Source: a virus (lineage: Duplodnaviria > Caudoviricetes). Taken from it: DNA of 30,063 nucleotides. How positions within the stretch are numbered: position 1 is the first letter of the stretch; the number at the start of each line of letters is the position of its first letter. Under the pieces are notes generated by a model. It worked only from the letters and a program-made list of their open reading frames with translations. It did no database searches and was not told where the DNA came from. Shown piece after piece: positions 25,400 to 30,063 of the stretch. The translations under genes and the position numbers were made by a program. The DNA is taken from positions 1 through 30,063 of the IMG/VR virus record IMGVR_UViG_3300005521_000008. One strand, written 5' to 3'.

Positions 25400-26059
25400 T
25401 TATATTTTGGACAATTTATCTAAGAAATTACTAAAAACAGCGAATTTAGCTTCTTCTAGATTTCTCTGTGAAGCACTATTAATTACTGCTTGTGACTCTT
25501 CGATGTCTTGTTCAGTCCATTTACCATTAACAAAAACCCATTCCCTTCCTTCCATAATGCCGGATACAAAAGCGTCTGGAGCGCTAGGATCTGCAACAAT
25601 ATCTGCTGCTGTGGCAAGCATAAAGTCATCTTGTACTTCATTAATGCCATTCCTCTCTTTTAAAGAGCCCAATCCTCTGGAGCTTACTCCAAGCTGAGCG
25701 CCTTCGCTAATAAGTTCTTTTACAATTTTACCCATTGGTGTATCCATTATTTTGGCCTTACCAATGTAATTGCTGCCGTCTTCTCTAAGAGATGTAATCA
25801 TGTGAGATACTCTGTCTAAATTAACTGTTGGGCCATCAGGGTGTCCTAATTCACCATAAGCTCTTTTAGTTTTAACATTCTCTTCAACATATCTGTTGAC
25901 TTCTCGTTGCATGATCTCTCTAGGATATACACGACCGTTTTTGTTCTTTAAATCTGATTGTAAGAATACTCCTTCAATGAATACATTAGGTTTCTTAGGA
26001 TCTTTACTTTCTTCTGTAATGTAATTGATACTTTCGTTAAACTCTTTAATAAGTCTCAT
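25400..26059 (-). CDS. gp21: gp21 prohead protease
   Basis: NKNGRVYP, GELGHP, GVSSRGLGSL and DIVADPSAPDAFV. Confidence 0.97.
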   Translation of the reverse strand: MRLIKEFNESINYITEESKDPKKPNVFIEGVFLQSDLKNKNGRVYPREIMQREVNRYVEENVKTKRAYGELGHPDGPTVNLDRVSHMITSLREDGSNYIGKAKIMDTPMGKIVKELISEGAQLGVSSRGLGSLKERNGINEVQDDFMLATAADIVADPSAPDAFVSGIMEGREWVFVNGKWTEQDIEESQAVINSASQRNLEEAKFAVFSNFLDKLSKI

Positions 26060-26069
26060 TCTTTTCTCC

Positions 26070-26495
26070 TTAACCTAATGATCCGCCGTCATAGACAGCA
26101 CCTGCGTCATCTGTGTCTAGTGGAGCATCTTGATGTTGTTGTGAACCGTAACCAGAAACTTTAGCACAATCAACTATAACAGTTCCGCCAGACCCGCCGG
26201 CTATAACTACTTCTATATCTGATGTGTTTTCTGAGTTATCGACATATCCGTACATATCTAATGAACCATTTTCGAGTAGTTCGTATAGTACAACGGAGTT
26301 TCGTTGAACCTTTGCACTAGCACCGCTAGACAAAGTCCAATGTAGTCCCTTAATGTTTACTGCTGGGGAGCTTTGAGTCTCAGTAGATTTCTTTAGTGTT
26401 GTTGCTAAAGCAATTGTTCCGGTTGCTGCAGTACCCCTAACAGAAACGACACCCTGGACTTGGGTGAGTTTTAAATTGTTTACTGTGACTGCCAT
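26070..26495 (-). CDS. Hypothetical protein, probably virion-associated (beta-rich, Thr/Ser/Gly-rich)
   Basis: Clean ORF with SD in the head-gene operon; composition typical of structural proteins. Confidence 0.7.
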   Translation of the reverse strand: MAVTVNNLKLTQVQGVVSVRGTAATGTIALATTLKKSTETQSSPAVNIKGLHWTLSSGASAKVQRNSVVLYELLENGSLDMYGYVDNSENTSDIEVVIAGGSGGTVIVDCAKVSGYGSQQHQDAPLDTDDAGAVYDGGSLG

Positions 26496-26507
26496 TTGTT
26501 ATTCCTT

Positions 26508-26813
26508 TTATTTTGGTAAGTTATACTTTTGTTTTGATTTGTGATTCATATGAGCGTTCTCTTCTAGAACTTCTACATTAGGGTCATCCACTTCAACTGT
26601 TTCTATACCGTGTTCAAACATTACTTTATACCATGCAACCTTCCCATCAACAGGTTCTGCGTGTTCACCTATGATAGTTTTGCCTTCGTTCCACTCTTTG
26701 TGGAATATTTTACTAGCACACATATGGCCTTCACCTTCTAGTGAGCCTTTAGCGACACCATCAACAGGACTCTCGGTAATTGTCCCGCCTCTGAAATCTT
26801 TAAATGTCTTCAT
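26508..26813 (-). CDS. Hypothetical head-region protein (MKTFKDF N-terminus, His-rich)
   Basis: MKTFxxF resembles the T4 capsid-targeting N-terminus of internal proteins; also HMCA, GEHA and WYKVMFEHGIE. Confidence 0.75.
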   Translation of the reverse strand: MKTFKDFRGGTITESPVDGVAKGSLEGEGHMCASKIFHKEWNEGKTIIGEHAEPVDGKVAWYKVMFEHGIETVEVDDPNVEVLEENAHMNHKSKQKYNLPK

Positions 26814-27072
26814 TCGTTTCCCCTACAGGTCTACCAGTTGTAGTATCTATATCAACAAGTGAGTCTTCTAAACTAACACCTTGTGGTTCCATATTCGGAT
26901 CTACAACATGTTTATTAAAAACATCTTGTGCTTGTGATGCTTTTAGATCGTCTAGTGCCTCTCCGGCTCTAGATGCCATCTGGTCGTTAAATTTTTCTTG
27001 TGCCTCCGCAGAGTTACCTGCAAGTATATCGCTTACAAAATCATTAACTTCTTTTGTTCTATCTTCTGCCAT
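26800..27072 (-). CDS. gp67-like prohead core protein
   Basis: Small acidic helical protein immediately after the portal gene; start moved to MAEDR (GGAG SD). Confidence 0.65.
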   Translation of the reverse strand: MAEDRTKEVNDFVSDILAGNSAEAQEKFNDQMASRAGEALDDLKASQAQDVFNKHVVDPNMEPQGVSLEDSLVDIDTTTGRPVGETNEDI

Positions 27073-27073
27073 T

Positions 27074-28669
27074 TTATGCTCCATTATCTGGTCCAGGTAC
27101 AGGGTTACCCTCTCCTGGTACTTCATTACTTATATCACCGCCACCATTCGGTGCGTCTTGTGGGACTGCACTAAGTGGCGACCATTGATACTGTCTTTGA
27201 TACTGTGGCTCTGCTAGGAGTTCAGTTTCAATAGTATCTATCTCTTCATCAGTTAACATTAATACATTCTTTTGTATGTAACGCTTACTAAAAAATGTTC
27301 CTATGTAAGCAGCAAGACCGTTTAGTACTTCTACCCTACTTCGTAAAATCTCTTGTTCTTTAGATTCTGTATAGTAGGCATCAGTAGCAAATTCGTATTC
27401 TATATCATCTTTAATAGAATCCCAATCGTCTTCTGTTATAACACCTTTTAGTAAGAGCTGCGTTCTTAAAAGATCGTTTAATAAAACTGAGAACTTTCTT
27501 CTTAACTTGATGATGAATTTTGTAAACTTCATCTCGTCTCGGTTTATCTCAGCTGCTCTACCAAAGTTTAATCCAGCCTGTTGTTCTAATCTCGATACAG
27601 GAATGTTTAATGACTGATACAATTTCCTTTGAAAATATTCTACATCTTCAATCTGCCCCAGGTTTTGGCCTGCTGGCAATGTATCAATACTTGTTCCTGT
27701 TCCGCCTTCCCTTCTAGGTAACCAGAAGTCTTCCAACATAGACATGAACTTCTTATCATCTCTAATTTCACCTGTGTTAGCATCGTAAACTAACTTATTA
27801 CGATATCTATCCATGATGTCTTTTAGATATTGTTCTGCCTTCATCTTCGGCAAGTTACCAACATCTACATAAAATATTCGTCTTTCAGGTGCTCTTGTTA
27901 TTCTATATATAACAACAGCGTTCTCCATCATACGAAGCTGGTTTGCAGGCCTAATAGCCTTATGTAGATACGACAATGCTATATTCTTATCGTGATCTAC
28001 CAAACCACTTGGTGCGTATGCTATAGCGTCTTTTGTTATTTTTAAACCTTGTTGGTTTTCAGGAGCTACATAAGCACCTGGTTTTGTTGTTACTCCTTTA
28101 TCGTTATAGATAAAGAACTCTTCAACAGATTTAACAAATAATACGCCAGTAGGATTCTTCTCCTTCTTAACTTCACGCACTTTCCTAATTTTTCTAGGAT
28201 CAATATATCTAATATCCTTAATCCCGTCTTTAGGTTGATCCATATCGATGACTTTATGAAAATACAATTTGCCATCTATGTACCATCTTCTAAAGTAATC
28301 CTGGGCTCTTTCCTTAAAGTCCATCATGTTCTTTAGTTCTTCAAATTCTTTTTGGATTGATTTCCTAACTGCTGACGACAATTCTACATCGTCTAAGTTA
28401 AGTTCGACGGGAGATTCATTCTCCAATTGTGCAATAGACTCGTTAATTATATCTTCTACGGCCGTGTCTACATCAGCCATTGCTGCTATATCACGATACC
28501 TTTTAACGAGTTCAGACTCCGTGTGGGCGACACCTTCCAAATCCATGTAAGTGCCATAATACCCACCGGCCCGGATGCTTTCTATTGCATCGTCTTGGGA
28601 AGGCGCTACAAACGACTTTTCGCCTGTAGCATCTTTCTTCCTTTTTATTTCAAACCCAAATAAATCCAT
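27074..28669 (-). CDS. gp20: gp20 portal vertex protein
   Basis: YRITRAPERRIFYVDVGNLPK, MLEDFWLPRREGG and EINRDEMKF. Confidence 0.98.
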   Translation of the reverse strand: MDLFGFEIKRKKDATGEKSFVAPSQDDAIESIRAGGYYGTYMDLEGVAHTESELVKRYRDIAAMADVDTAVEDIINESIAQLENESPVELNLDDVELSSAVRKSIQKEFEELKNMMDFKERAQDYFRRWYIDGKLYFHKVIDMDQPKDGIKDIRYIDPRKIRKVREVKKEKNPTGVLFVKSVEEFFIYNDKGVTTKPGAYVAPENQQGLKITKDAIAYAPSGLVDHDKNIALSYLHKAIRPANQLRMMENAVVIYRITRAPERRIFYVDVGNLPKMKAEQYLKDIMDRYRNKLVYDANTGEIRDDKKFMSMLEDFWLPRREGGTGTSIDTLPAGQNLGQIEDVEYFQRKLYQSLNIPVSRLEQQAGLNFGRAAEINRDEMKFTKFIIKLRRKFSVLLNDLLRTQLLLKGVITEDDWDSIKDDIEYEFATDAYYTESKEQEILRSRVEVLNGLAAYIGTFFSKRYIQKNVLMLTDEEIDTIETELLAEPQYQRQYQWSPLSAVPQDAPNGGGDISNEVPGEGNPVPGPDNGA

Positions 28670-28712
28670 AATTATTTTATCCCGTTTCTTTGTATGCCCT
28701 TAAGCATTAAAG

Positions 28713-29225
28713 TTATGAGGCTTTTGCGTTAGTGTAATGTTGATACTGGAATGTTACCGTAAACTCTTCAATAATATCGTTCTGTGCATATTGTAATGCT
28801 ATTTCTGACATATTGATTGGGAAAGCTTGAATGAGTGAGTATGTTTGGATTACTGCATCGTTCCTATCTAGGTGTTCGACAGTCAGATCCGTTTGATACG
28901 ATTCCCATTCTACTTCTCCCCCGTTATCTTGTTTATTATTAATCTTCTCCATCCAATCCTCGAACCTAGTTCGAAGGCTGAATTTTGCATCGTTAATAAT
29001 GGTAATAGTCCATGGATCAAAAATTCTTTCTCCAGCAAATTTAACTTCCCTGCCTCTGTATTGAGTTATTACAGGGTTAACTGTAGAAGCTGGAATTGCT
29101 GCGCCAGTAACCAATAATTGTTCGTCGGCATTAGAACCGCCGTCTGGGAAGAGAAGCCCAACCTTAAATTGGTTAGGACGAGCTCCACCTTGTTTCAGTG
29201 CTGTTTTAAATTGATTTACATCCAT
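28713..29225 (-). CDS. gp19: gp19 tail tube protein
   Basis: GGARPNQF, YRGREVKFAGERIFDPWTIT and IEEFTVTFQY. Confidence 0.95.
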   Translation of the reverse strand: MDVNQFKTALKQGGARPNQFKVGLLFPDGGSNADEQLLVTGAAIPASTVNPVITQYRGREVKFAGERIFDPWTITIINDAKFSLRTRFEDWMEKINNKQDNGGEVEWESYQTDLTVEHLDRNDAVIQTYSLIQAFPINMSEIALQYAQNDIIEEFTVTFQYQHYTNAKAS

Positions 29226-29254
29226 TATAGTCTCCTATTCCTATTGTTTAATGT

Positions 29255-29262
29255 TATTTATA
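29255..29262 (-). promoter_or_regulatory. T4-type late promoter TATAAATA upstream of gp19
   Basis: Exact consensus in the gp18-gp19 gap. Confidence 0.85.
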
Positions 29263-29264
29263 AG

Positions 29265-30062
29265 TTAACCGCCAATTTCTTCGAAGTTAACACCTGTTCT
29301 AGTAGCTATAAAGTTCAATGTAATGAAGTTTATGCTTCTTGCTGGTTTAATAAAGATATCCGCAACAAATTCGTTTGCGTCAATTACTTGACCTGTGTTG
29401 TTGCTTTCGTTACAAACTACTTTGAAATCGAATATACCTCTACGACCTTGTACATTTCTTAAGAAAGGATTTACAATAGATGTAAACTGGTTTCTTGTAA
29501 ATGCGTCGTTAAATTCAAACAATTGGAATTTCGCTGCTGTTGAAATAGCCTTTTCAAGAACGATGAATAGTCTTCGAACATTAATTCTATCAAACGCACT
29601 AGGTGCTGCTAATAGAGTTTTGTCTCCAAAGAGTACAATACCGTTTCCTGGGCTGTTTATAACTGGGTTAATACCAATTTTGTAAAGTTCGTCTCTGTTA
29701 GTCTTATTAGGACTCCAGGCCAACTTAACAGCGTTTCTTACTTGTCCTCTGTTGAAGCCTGCTGGTGAGTACCACGGATCGTTACTTAGATCAGTAGCGG
29801 CACATAGTCCTGCAATGTCTGCATTTAAAGGTATCCATCTGTACACATCGTTATAACGATCGTACATGTATTTCCAGTTGCCGTCCATCACTGAATATGA
29901 TGTAGCAGCTAGTGCTCCTTTATCTGCTTGTACAGCTGTTAGCTCAGATCCTGCGTTGTTAACAACGGATGCTAAAAGAGGTGAGTGGAATGATACACAA
30001 TCCTTTCTCACTTTAGAAATATTGTCTTGAACATATTTCTGATCTGCCATAGATCTAGCTCC
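29265..30062 (-). CDS. gp18: gp18 tail sheath protein, C-terminal part (5' end outside the window)
   Basis: PWYSPAGFNRG, FGDKT, FDRINVRRLF and IKPARSINFITLNF; frame open to the window edge. Confidence 0.97.
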   Translation of the reverse strand, partial: GARSMADQKYVQDNISKVRKDCVSFHSPLLASVVNNAGSELTAVQADKGALAATSYSVMDGNWKYMYDRYNDVYRWIPLNADIAGLCAATDLSNDPWYSPAGFNRGQVRNAVKLAWSPNKTNRDELYKIGINPVINSPGNGIVLFGDKTLLAAPSAFDRINVRRLFIVLEKAISTAAKFQLFEFNDAFTRNQFTSIVNPFLRNVQGRRGIFDFKVVCNESNNTGQVIDANEFVADIFIKPARSINFITLNFIATRTGVNFEEIGG

Positions 30063-30063
30063 A

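Noticed and set aside
729-29685. Numerous plus-strand and alternate-frame ORFs in the track (e.g. 1582-2082, 24573-24938, 26804-27217, 10648-11064)
   Set aside because: They are shadows of well-supported minus-strand genes and lack recognisable motifs.
1-30063. tRNA genes, introns, inteins and homing endonucleases
   Set aside because: None recognised. Core genes look uninterrupted, and most intergenic gaps are too short or are accounted for.

Overview
Segment of a large, AT-rich T4-like myovirus genome, with almost all genes on the minus strand. Read in the direction of transcription (right to left), it carries: tail sheath gp18 (partial), tail tube gp19, portal gp20, prohead core/virion genes, protease gp21, scaffold gp22, major capsid gp23, an inserted IscU+IscA Fe-S assembly pair, gp3, UvsY, UvsW and late sigma gp55. 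Between gp55 and gp47/gp46 lies a ~6.1 kb tightly coupled operon, at the slot where T4 carries alpha-glucosyltransferase. It encodes a 7-deazaguanine DNA-modification pathway: QueE, FolE, QueD, a TGT/DpdA-like transglycosylase and a DpdL-like LxxxHRHxF T-fold protein, plus a GT-B glycosyltransferase and a purine phosphoribosyltransferase, with no QueC in the window. This is the best candidate for a new system, possibly a glycosylated or otherwise hypermodified deazaguanine. Further left are glutaredoxin, a SET protein, peptide deformylase, and a unit behind a late promoter that ends in a phage-encoded TonB-dependent receptor, followed by the VWA/peptidase + MoxR(CobS-like) pair. Regulatory signals are clear: TATAAATA late promoters and a family of sigma70-like promoters with a conserved dyad in the spacer. 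All calls come from motif recognition and synteny; no database search was run.
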